DNA from: Zootoca vivipara
Lineage: Eukaryota
Length of the DNA: 64,000 bases
NCBI RefSeq assembly: GCF_963506605.1
Contig: NC_083282.1
Location: forward strand, 38,750,001-38,814,000
Direction of reading: 5' to 3'
A model generated the notes under the pieces. The model was not told the origin of the DNA. It did no database searches and saw nothing but the letters and a program-made list of their open reading frames with translations. A program made the position numbers and the translations under genes. Below, in pieces: positions 37,801-49,800 of this stretch; positions within the stretch are counted from its first letter, which is position 1, and every line of letters begins with the position of its first letter.

Positions 37801-40800
37801 AGGGTGATATGGCGAGCATGACACCAGTATGTTGAAGGATGTGCTGGAATCCATGTAGGGAACAGCCTGTTTCAGAAAGATGGAAGAAACAGGTTCATGG
37901 AAAACAATGTCAGGAATCCTGGATATAGGGGTAAAACTAAGGGCAGGCTATATTGCCCTTCATCCGAGGATCACAGGGCAGTTTATGGTATAACACAATA
38001 AGAAACAAAACAATAATTCATCCTCCACTAGATTTTTTTGTGAAAACTAGTATCTTTTGCAACCTTCTGGTTACTTCTTTCTTAAAACCAGAGCTTTTTT
38101 CTGCGGATACACAGGGGTATGCATACCCCTAAACATTTTGTGAATCTAAGTTTGGCCTCACTGAGGGCAGTATTTCAATATGAGCAATATGAGTAGGAAA
38201 ATGAGAGTACCCCTAAACATTTTTTAGGGGAAAAAAGCACTGTTTAAAACAGTCCTAAAATCATTTCCCAGGCCTATGGGCTGCAGTTTGAGCTCCATTT
38301 GCGGCTTGCAATTTTTGCTCATTAACATGCGCCATATGTCACATCCATGACATGTGTCTACTCACCAATCAGGCAGAGGTATGGCAACTAGCCATACCTC
38401 ACTCTGACTCATGAGTAGATGTTCTTCATCTGAGTAACCTCTACATGAAATCCTGTGAGGAACAGGTTCTGTCACAAATGGACACGAAGTAGTGAAGATT
38501 CATATGAATGTGTCTATTTCCAAGTCATTGCTGTTTCGTGAAGGATCCGTCTACTGTGCAATACTGTTGCCGCAGAGACCTTTCTTTGGCAATTCATGAT
38601 TGGCAGGGTGGGTTGGGGATGAGAAAACTTTAGGACACATACCATAACTCAGGAAACAGTGAATTCATTCCCTCCCAGCTGTACAAATTCATAGTAGCCA
38701 GCCAAACTTTGCCCAGATGAGGGATTCCAAGAGCACCACCTGGAAAGAGAATTATCAAAGTCTTTGTTTCCATAGACTGAAGGGGCAAAGTCAAATAAAC
38801 CTTTAATGAAAACCTAGATATGTTTATAGCCTTGTGTGATTGAAAGCTCAACTTGTTTAGAGTTTAGTGATGCAATGCCTCAGATTTCCACCAGAGTGCT
38901 GTGCCGCAGCCTCCTTTTGATTGGTTGTGGGTACAGGTAGCCAGAGGGAGGTGGTGACAGCACTTGCCGTGGGCATGAGAAAAAAACAGTTAAGGGATTG
39001 GAGTTCTGGCATTTAGCTGCATAGTAGTATAGCTCCTGAGCTGTGTGTTAAATTCACTCTGTAGTCAGAGAAAGAAGTCTCTGAACTTAAGTTTGAGAGA
39101 CAGTGATTAGCGCATTTTAAGAGTATACAGACAAGAGAAAACTGGGAAGCTGAATTGGGAACAGGAGAAGTAGAATTGTGAGAGGACATATTATTTGGAT
39201 TCTCAATTCAGTAAGAAGGGGAGAGATCTTCTTGAAAGAGAAGAATCCCAGACCAGTCAGAGGGGTGAGCTGATCCCCTGGTCTGTTACACTACTAGAGG
39301 AGCCTCACGAGTAAGATTTATAGAAGGTTGGGAAACTGACAGAAAGTACCACCCTGAATTACATCCTTAAGGACTGTAATTCATGGAGATCAGGCTGGTG
39401 TTTTTTTACCAGGTAGATATATGAAAGATAATTTATGAAACATTATTGATGTGATTGAATATCTAGAAGTTAGAAATGATAAGCAAGCAGCTTTGATTTT
39501 TATTGATGCAGAGAAAGCGTTTGATAATATATAATGGACTTATATGAAAAACGTAATTGAAATAATGAATTTTGGACAGGTCTTTGCTAATAGTATTGAG
39601 GAAATTTATTCTGAGCAACAGGCTAAATTAATAGTAAACAATACCGTTACTGAAAAATGTAATATAATAAAGGGAACAAGACAGGGGTGTCCATTGTCGT
39701 CCCTGTTATTTATTCTGGTGTTAGAGCCTTTGTTGAGAAAGATAAGAACAGATGAAGAAGTCAAAGGCATCACAATTGGAACTAGGTCATGCAAACTTAA
39801 GGCATTTGCAGATGATTTAGTATTAATGGTAGAGAATCCTTTGGAATCGGTACCAAAAGTATTTGAGAAATTGAATGAATTTGGCCAAGTGGCAGGGTTA
39901 AAGTTAAATAAAGGAAAAACAAAAATGCTGGTTAAAAATATGACAGAACAAAATAAAAATGAATTTGAACAAATAACAGAATTAAAGATAGAAAAGGTGG
40001 AATATTTAGGGGTCTGGTTAACATCAAAAATTATAAACTTTTTTCAAGATAATTATGTAAAAGTATGGAATGATATCAAAAGAAATATGGAAATATGGGG
40101 TAGAATGAACTTATTTTTTTATGGGAAGAATCTCAACAATAAAGATGAATGTGCTGCCAAGAATGTTATTTTTATTTCAATCAATTCCGGTAGCCTATGG
40201 AAAAGAACACTTCAAACACTGGCAAAGAGATATATCTAAGTTTGCATAGCAGGGGAAGAAACCAAGGATTGAATTTAAATTACTGACAGATGTAAAAGAA
40301 AGAGGGGGACTTGCTCTGCCAGACTTAAAATTATATTATGAAGTATCCTGTATTTGTTGGCTTTTATAGAATGGATGAGTTTAGAAAATCCAGGCATATG
40401 AGATATGGAAGGATATGATAATAGATTTGGGTGGCATGCTTATTTGTAGTATGAAAAGGTGAAAATACATAAAGGTTTTTTGAATCATATTGTAAGAAAA
40501 TCATTATATTATACATGGGGGAAGTATAAGAATCTATTGGAAAATAAGACCCTGTGGTGGATAGCACCACTTGAAGTATTAAAATTAAATATGGAAAGAG
40601 GGTGGTTAACTTACAGAGAGTTGTTGATAGAGGAGGAAAACCAGTTGAAACTGAAGAAGTATGAAAATATAAAGCATTTGTTTTCTGACTGGCTCCAATA
40701 TCATCAACTAAATGATATATTTAAAAGGGATAAAAAGTAGGTTTTGGGAAAGAAATCTCAAGACTACAAAAAGATCTGTTGGAGAGTAATGAAAAGGTTC

Positions 40801-43800
40801 TATCGGAAGTATATAAACTGCTGTGGGAGTGGGAAACAAAAGATGAAGAAGTGAAATCGGTAATGATACATTGGGCAAAAGATGTGGGCATAATATACAA
40901 TTTGAGGCATGGGAAAAGCTATGGAAGGTGATTTAAAGTTTACGCCATGCTGTACGTTAAAGGAAAACTATATGAAAATGAGGTATAGATGGTATCTAAT
41001 TCCGGTAAAACATGCAAAAATGTACAAAAAAAGTCGAGTATGTGTTGGAGATGTAAAGATAATGAGGGCACATTTTTCCATATGTGGTGGACCTGCAAAT
41101 TAGCAAAAGCGTATTGGGAAATGATATATAATGAATTAAATAAAATGTTTAAAATAACTTTTATTTAAAAAACCAGAGGCTTTTACCGTGTTTCCCCGAA
41201 AATAAGCCATAGTGATAGGCAGTTTAACCTTGTACCGTACTTAATTAAAAAAAAGAAGACATTCCCTGAAAATAAGCCACTGTGGGTTTTTTTTAAAGGA
41301 AGAATAAATATAAGACGGTGTCTTATTTTTGGAGAAACACGGGTAGGTATAACAGGAGAAGATATCCCAAAGGAGAAAAAGGTCTTATTTATGTATGCAA
41401 CGACAGCATTGAGAATGTTATATGCCCAGGGATGAAAGGAAGAAAGAAAGAAAGAAAGAACCCCATCGAAAGAAGAATGAATAATGAAATTAATGGACTA
41501 TGCCGAAATGGCAAAAATGACTGGGAAGATCAGACACCAAGAGGACAAAAGATTTTAAAATGAATGCACTAATTTTGTAGAATATCTGAAGGAGCATTGT
41601 AAACACTTAAAAACATTAGCAGGCTTAGAATAGTGCTGGTGATATAATTAGGGTAAAATTTGTAATAAGGGAAATGAATAAATTAGATAAAGATATAAAG
41701 ATGCAGAAAAGATAAGAGATAATGATAGGAAACCGGGGAGGAGGGTGGGGGGAAGTCTGGGGGTTGAGAACCTCCAAAAGATAATGTTTTGTTGCGTTGA
41801 TATGAATGTAAAATGTAAGCAACAAATTCNNNNNNNNNNNNNNNNNNNNNNNNNNNNNNNNNNNNNNNNNNNNNNNNNNNNNNNNNNNNNNNNNNNNNNN
41901 NNNNNNNNNNNNNNNNNNNNNNNNNNNNNNNNNNNNNNNNNNNNNNNNNNNNNNNNNNNNACCAAAGTATTAAGACCTAAGCTGTAGCACCTAGGCTGAA
42001 AAAATTGAAGTGAAAATAAGCTGTGTTTTCTACCTTGTTTAGACACCTGTAACAACAACTGAATTTAATATATTTGTATATGTTAACTGCCCTGTCACAC
42101 TGTCATTGCCTGGCTCGGCCACACTCCACACACTGGAGGGCAAGTCTAGTAGCAGATGCAGTTTTCAGCTACGTTCAGTGTAGAGTTTCTGAACAGGTTG
42201 GAGCCAAAGGGTCCCCCCTTCATTTCTATATTGGACAGAGTGAATGCCCTGATCATCCTCAAACCATATGCATGTGTTTCTCAGACTGTATCCACGCAGA
42301 AGTAACTACTTCACCTCCCACTGTGCCAATAAACCCTATGTGTGAACGCTACTGCAATAAAAAGGGTATAACTCACCTCATTCTTTGTATTTATGAAATA
42401 ACTAGCTGACCCGGCCACCCGTTGCTGTGGTTCTTTCCTGTGATCCCCCCCACCCTGTCATGATTCATGACGTATCCTGCCCCTCCTCCCTCCACCCCGG
42501 CTCATCCCTGTGTTTCGGTAGGATACCCTTCCCTCTGTTGTCCCTGGGGAGTGTTGGCCTCTCCCCCCTGTATCTCCATACCTTGGCCCCCACCCTCGAA
42601 AAGGAACTGTTTGGTTCTGGGTTCTATTTCCCAGCATGCACTTTTGTCTGAACCCTCTGTTGTTCCTGGGGAGTGTTGGCCCCTACCCCTGGTATCTTCC
42701 TACATTGGCCCCCATCCTTGGAGAAGGAGCTGTCAGTTTCTGGGTTCCATTTCCCAGTATTTACTTTTGTCTGAGCCCTCTGTTGTCCCCTCCCCCCTGT
42801 ATCTCCATACATTGGCCCCTGCACACGCATCATGAACATTTCTATATGTTTAGATTAAGGATCGGGGGTGATGATGTGCCCTGGGACCCAGAGAACTACA
42901 TAAAGAATCCCAACCCGGGGAGGGGGGGTCAAATAGCGAAGCCCCACAGCCCTGTAGCAACAGACAGGCCCAGACAGAAGGAAGAGGGTCATATGGGGCA
43001 CTTGGCGCGGGCCTCCAAATCTAAAGGGGGCCTCGGTCAGCATATTCTCAATCAGTAAAATGGAAGAAGTAACTAAGGGGTTAAAAACAGGGACACATTA
43101 TCTTATCTATCTGGGCTGGGCCTCTGTCTGGCCCTGCAAGGGCCTGGCAACAGAAGGCGCGTTCAGAAGTCACCGGGTTGTTCAGTTCCATAAAAAAACC
43201 CAGGAAGTGGCAAGGGGAAGGTAGGGAATTGTAAATGGGGTGGGAGGTGTGTACTGCAAATATCTGAGGACTTAAACTGGGGAGAGAAAGTGAATGGTTG
43301 TTGTTGTTTTTTTAAAAAAAGACACAGAGGCTTACAATCAGTTGTTTCTCCTAAAATAAGACATACCCATAAAATAAGTCATATTTATTTTTGTCTTGTG
43401 GATTTTTTGGGGGTAGTGGTGCTAAATTGTAAAGTAAAAACCCCTTGCAGTGTAGGGGCCTACATAAATCAAAGGTCGTGCTGCGGTCTGTGGCAAACCC
43501 CTCCTCCGGCAGGCCCCGACCTCCACTTGGCAATGTTGGTTCTTTGGTGGGGTTTTTTTTGGGTGGGGGTAGTGTTGCTAAATGGTAAAGTAAAACCCCT
43601 TGCAGTGTAGGGGCCTACATAAATCAAAGGCCGTGCTGCGGCCTGTGGCAAACCCCTCCCCTCCAGGCAGGCCCCCGACCTCCACTTGGCAATGTTGGTT
43701 CTTTGGTGGGGTTTTTTTGGGGTGGGGGTAGTGTTGCTAAATGGTAAAGTAAAACCCCTTGCAGTGTAGGGGCCTACATAAATCAAAGGCTGTGCTGCGG

Positions 43801-46800
43801 TCTGTGGCAACCCCCCCCCCCAGGCAGGCCCCAACCTCCACTTGGCAATGTTGGTTCTTTGGTGGGGATTTTTTTTGGGGGGGGGGTAGTGGTGCTAAAT
43901 GGTAAAGTAAAGCCCCAAGTGTGTTGCTGTGGGTTATCCCCCTCCCCGGGCCTAGTGGAGGCCTGTCAGCCTGTCAGGGGCCTAAAACAAAGGCCTAGAT
44001 AAAATGGCTGGCTTGGTGTGTTTCAGTTGCTTGGTTGATGATGATGTCATTCGGTTTGTGGGTGTGGCTTAGATTTCTCAGGAAGGGAGGGGGTGGAGGA
44101 GGTTACAACGCCACTTGAGGGCGCTGTTTGAATTGGTGGGAAAGCATTTCTGTACCTGCGCAGGTGTGTGATTTGAGGGATTTTTGCCTCCAACAACGCT
44201 CTAGGAGTGGCCTGGATCGTTGTGTCCAAATTTCAGGACGATCGGTCAAGCGGTTACGGAGAAAAGTGGAACCCCGGATTTCATGATTTTTACATTTTTA
44301 TATATATAGATATTTTATCACTGCATTTGTGCTTTACGGAGTGGTACAAAACGGCCCATGTCCCGACCCTCCCAAGAGTTCCCAATACAGTGGTACCTTG
44401 GGTTAAGAACTTAAATCGTTCTGGAGGTCCGTTCTTAACCTGAAACTGTTCTTAACCTGAGGTACCACTTTAGCTAATGGGGCCGCTGCCGCACAATTTC
44501 TGTTCTCATCCTGAAGCAAAGTTCTTAACCCAAGGTACTATTTCTGGGTTAGCAGAGTCTGTAACCTGAAGCGTCTGTAACCTGAGGTAACACTGTATAA
44601 TTGTTAGAGGAGGAAAAATCAGGAGGGAAGATATGACCAGCATCTTCTGTTTGATCATAGAAATGGTGTCCATTTGCCAATCTATGNNNNNNNNNNNNNN
44701 NNNNNNNNNNNNNNNNNNNNNNNNNNNNNNNNNNNNNNNNNNNNNNNNNNNNNNNNNNNNNNNNNNNNNNNNNNNNNNNNNNNNNNNNNNNNNNNNNNNN
44801 NNNNNNNNNNNNNNNNNNGCTCCCAAATAACTGTACAACATCAGGACTGCCAAGTTTTGCCTGGGCACTACGCTCGAGCAAAATGGATTGATCCAGCCCT
44901 GCCAGAGAGTTCTGCCTTACCTTTTTTGTGGAGATTTATCCGAGCCCGCACTACATTTGGATGGTCAGGCCCAAGTCCAAGGATTCGCATAGCTATATAG
45001 CTGAAGGTTGTGCCTAATACTGTTGACTGTTCTGTAAGATGGCTACCATAAAGAGAGATCAAAGAGCCATTAGAAAATAGACCAGAGTGTTTGGATGTCT
45101 AGAAACCTGTTTGAATTGTTTAGTTTCCATTAACTTAAATTCAAAAACTTCTCTGAGAATTTGTCAGAATACTCCAACAATACCCAGTCAGCTAGCCATT
45201 AGCCAGGCTACCACAGAATACCTACTTTTGTTTTCTATTTCCTTTTTTTAAAGTAATGCCTTAATGGAGGACATGTAGTGCTTTGAAATGTTTCTTTTCA
45301 GGAGACAGCATGGGCTTGAGAGCAGCTCATACAGCCGGAATACCAGATGAAATTCCATTCCAAATAAATAAGAGCTGATCTTGGTTAATGAGAATGTAGA
45401 TTCTGAATTCAGATTCAAAGCTGAGTCAAACCCCGAACTATTTTGTGGTTTGCTATTGGTTTGACAGGATACATTTGGATGGAGGCAACCTGGCTTCCCC
45501 AGACCATTTATCAGTTGTAATACTTCCTACAGGTGGTACTTTTTAAAGGCAAGAGGGATGTCAGAAATCATGTCTTCATTATTGTTGCCTCTCTCCACCC
45601 CTCATGCCACAATTCTATTTTTCTCTGCCACAGCTGGGCAGCTTCAGTACATGCTGAGTCCAGCTTGCATTTTGGTCATCTACCCTGCTGCCCTGTCCGC
45701 ATGGTGAGTATTGCTCACAGTCAAAAGACAGCAGAATGCAGAAGTGATTTAAAGTAGCCTTCATGGGGGAATTGCATCATGGACCAGCCCAAGACAAAGA
45801 TATGCAGAATTAGAGCATCTCTTCCCAGGCCACTCTAAAGAAGCTCACACCCTCCTTGGACTACTCACAAACTCCAGCCACCATCTGGAAGCTGTTGTGA
45901 GAAGATGTAACGCAGGAGCTCTCTCTCGTACTCTTCTGGCAGTGAGATCTTGGCAGCATAGCATGACATCAAAAAACCTGTTTGATTTTTTTTAAAAAAG
46001 ATAACAATGTATAATACTTCACAATCTCAGTTTTGGCTTGATTTGTTTGGATACCGCCTGTTTGGATATCGAAATGTAACTTGTGCTTTTGTACCCCTGG
46101 TAGGTAAAAGGTCAAACATAACAAGATTTAATTGGCTTTTCCAATTGCCAAAGCCATGTTAAAAACTAGGTTATGGGACATAGAGCGCCAGGAACTGACT
46201 TTAGCTGCAAGAAAAACATGTTCCCCTCTTTATTTCCAACTCTCTTGGGCGCAGGAATCTAATTCCAGCTATTTACAATTTCCGTTTAACCCACAAGAAA
46301 GAAGGGCTTTCTCACTAGCTAGGTTCAGTGCTAACCCCTCTAACCTCCTCTGGGGTAGGTTCGCAGGGACTGCTGAAGGAGACAGGATCTGCCCATGAGA
46401 CGCCCATCTGGTTGAAACTTTAGCTCATATAGTCCTTAAATGTATGACGATATCCGCCAGCAATACCTGGACCAACTATGTGTTCCAAAATGGAAACCGG
46501 AGATAGAGGTTATAGGGGGAGAGACCAGGAGCGTACCAAGACTGTAGCTAAGTTCCTCTATTTGATCTTTTGCCGCCAAAGTACACTACAGGATCCTGCC
46601 CCCATTGGAGACCCACAGAGGTGAAATAGATTGCTGGCCTTCTCCCCCTTTTGGCAAGTGACTGTACTGATAAGTTGGCGACGTGATTGTACAGGACTAT
46701 GTATTTTAAATGTTTGAAAATTATGCCAATAAAGGTTTTGATTGATTGATTGACAAGATTTAATTATCTAGCAAGTTTAGGCAAAAGATAATCACTTCTG

Positions 46801-49800
46801 CCCCCTCACTAGAAGGTGCATAATTTCATTCTGGACTATTCAATGTTGGATGCTGCTTACAGTAATTGCCTGGAGCTCTATGCACTTCCCCTGTGTGGTG
46901 AACCACTGAACAACAGGCAGCAGGATTCTCAGTGAACTATCTTCAAATTGCTGGTCCAGGTGGGGATTCAGAGGGGTATTACCCAATCCTATCAGGTGAT
47001 GCCAGAGGGCAAACCTAGGACCTTCTGCATGCAGGGACTGAACTGAATTCAGCTTCTCTCACTTCATTTCAAAGTTTGGTTCACTTTTTTGCATCAGTTT
47101 GTGATTGATTTATTTTTAAGTCTTCATGAAAATTCATCATCTCAATATACACATTTTTGCAAAGCTATTATTATTATTGTTGTTGTTGCTGCTGCTGCTG
47201 TTGTTACTCTAGTATATGGCATTCTACACATTATGTAACTGGAGAAGTGCACTACAAAATTCAGTGAATAGCAAATGTCAATGGATGCCTGTGCTTCAGT
47301 TCTCATACTGTTTCCGAAAGCACTAATAAAGCCTTTACTGCAAACTAAATCAAATTTCTCTCACATCTCTATCTCTACGCAAACCACATTTATTTATTAA
47401 TATTTATTTATATACCACTTCAGTGTAGTAAAGCTTCTAAGTGGTTTACAAGAAATATTAAAATTTTCTGTAAAACAGTTAAAAATAATACAGATTTATT
47501 TTTTTTAAACCATCTGGTCTACCACATCCCCATACAGCTATGTGATGCCAACAATGAGCAATATCCTGTGCAATGGAGTCAATGGATTACCCCCCTGCTT
47601 GGAATGCACTGAAGTGGTATTCTGTTTTGTGAGAGAGGCTAGACTTAGTTTTCCAAAACAGGTGGGAATTGTTTAGTTTAAAATATTCTGAGAATGAAGA
47701 CTATTCCAGAAAGTTGACCAAAGTCAGTCTGAACTGGCTTGAATAAGATAAACACCTCTGCTTACCCAAGAAGAAGAAAACCTATTTAGCTGAATTACAG
47801 TTAAATTCACAGGTGAGATCTCTTTGTTCCTTTCATAGCTAAAGGCTTACAGGTCCATTATTCTAGATTATTCTGACTTCATTGGAAAGCGCGATAGCTT
47901 TTGCTTTGTTGCAGAAAATCCCAAGTTGGATCCTGGGCATAGAGCTGGGGAAACCAAAGAGGGTTGCCAGCAGTTCAGTGTTCAGATAGATGTGCCAGTG
48001 GGATAAGGCAGCTTCCTATGTTATTATGATGAACAGCTTTGTAGAGGCAAAAGAAAGACAACTAATTTAAGCAGTTTCAGGGGTTTCTGAAAATGTTCAC
48101 CTATTTGTGCCTAGCCTATCTGGTAAAAAAAAGAAAAGAAACAGATTTATAGAAAATATACAGGGAGGCCAGTTAATGTATTTGTGGTAAGTCTGTTAGC
48201 GTCCCTGTACCTGGTCCAAGAGCGACGACACCAGAGCACTCCATAGGCCAATGGCCATCTTCCGCTTGCAGGCCAGAGAAGAATTTAATCGCTTTCTGGA
48301 CTGCTTCCTGGGCCGTATTGGCTTTGGGCAAGTCTGGAAAGAACTTACTCTGTAAAACAAAATGGGGGAAGTAAGAGAAATGTACAGAAATTAAAAAGGC
48401 TGGCTACAGTACAAAGTACCGGTATGCATAGTGTTAACTGTCCTGCTACATATAATGCAACTGTTTGGTCATTTTAAAATAAATATAGCCTAGAGACATC
48501 TCTGAGCTCTTAGATCAGTGATCCACAAGGGACCAGAAGATCATGTAGCCCAACTCCCTTTCCACAAGTAAGAACCCAACACTGACTCTGGCTTGCCGAT
48601 GAACTCACTCAGCACAAGCTCAGATAACAATCACAGAGCAGCTACCTTGTAGAAAGTGATATCAAAGTTATGTATTCCAGTATTTCCAGTAGATCGGCAT
48701 ATTCATCTTATTCAGGGTTGTCTGTCTTTCAAGTATAAGATAAGCCTGACCAAGTGGCAGGCAGTTGGACTAGATGACCCTCACGATCCCTTCTACAATC
48801 TATGATTCAATGAAAGCAATAACCAAGCTCCTGTGTTCCTGAGGTGTCAGAAAATGAGAAGCCAAAAGAAAAATGACCCAGCCCTTGGGAATCTGCAGCA
48901 AGCCAAGCCCAAGCCAGCAGTCCTCATGCCCTCTACTCCTTTTGTAGACTTTCAGTGTTGTACCATCTGTTATCATTAAGCCACTTACAATGTCCAGCCC
49001 TAAAGTGTAAGCCTCTAGTGCGTTCTGTTCACGGGCACATTCTTCATTGTCTGCCACGTAGTACCATTTATGCCGCCCTTCCACGGAGCTGAATCGCCAG
49101 CGAGTAAGATCAGTTTTGGGTTCTATTTCATGTGCACCTTTTCTTCTGCGCAGACATCTACCAAAGAACACAGAGGGGGGAGTTTGAAACATGCAGGCAG
49201 ATTTTCAGTTTGTCATCCTGCCACAGGAAATTAATCTGAAACCAATTTTGTGCTCATTCCTGCCAAATGTGAGGGACAGACTTTTCTATTGATTTCAGTG
49301 GGTCTATTCATGACTAATTTGTCCACTGATTTCAGTGAGTCTACTCTGAATATGGCATATTCATACACCACCCATAGATCCTTTGCTTTTTCTAACTAGC
49401 TCATTATGGAAACACTTCCTATCGCTTATCCATCGGCTGCTTCCCAAGAATGGCTCCTCTTCTTTGTGTGCAGGTAAGCCTACCTGACCCTACCTGGCCA
49501 ATCCCCCTGGCACGCCTACCTCTGGCTGGATTGGTCAGCTTACTGAGTGGGCGGCGACTCCAGCCTCAGGTAGCCAGTGCCAGCCTCCAAACTTCTAGAA
49601 CTGCCCTAGGGATCCCAGGGGGGGCTGCACGCGACTGCGCAAAATGCGCCTCCCCTTTATGTTGGATAAGCGGTCATTCTCTCCAACCATATTTTTGTCC
49701 CAGTTGTTCAGAGCACAAAGAGGGATGGTTTATAAGTTTCTTTTATATCCTGCTTCATTCCAATGACAGAACTCATTTTAGGGTTCTTAAGTATGGAAGT

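Noticed and set aside
43400-43915. CRISPR-like array
   Set aside because: Eukaryotic DNA; whole units repeat without unique spacers, so it is a minisatellite.
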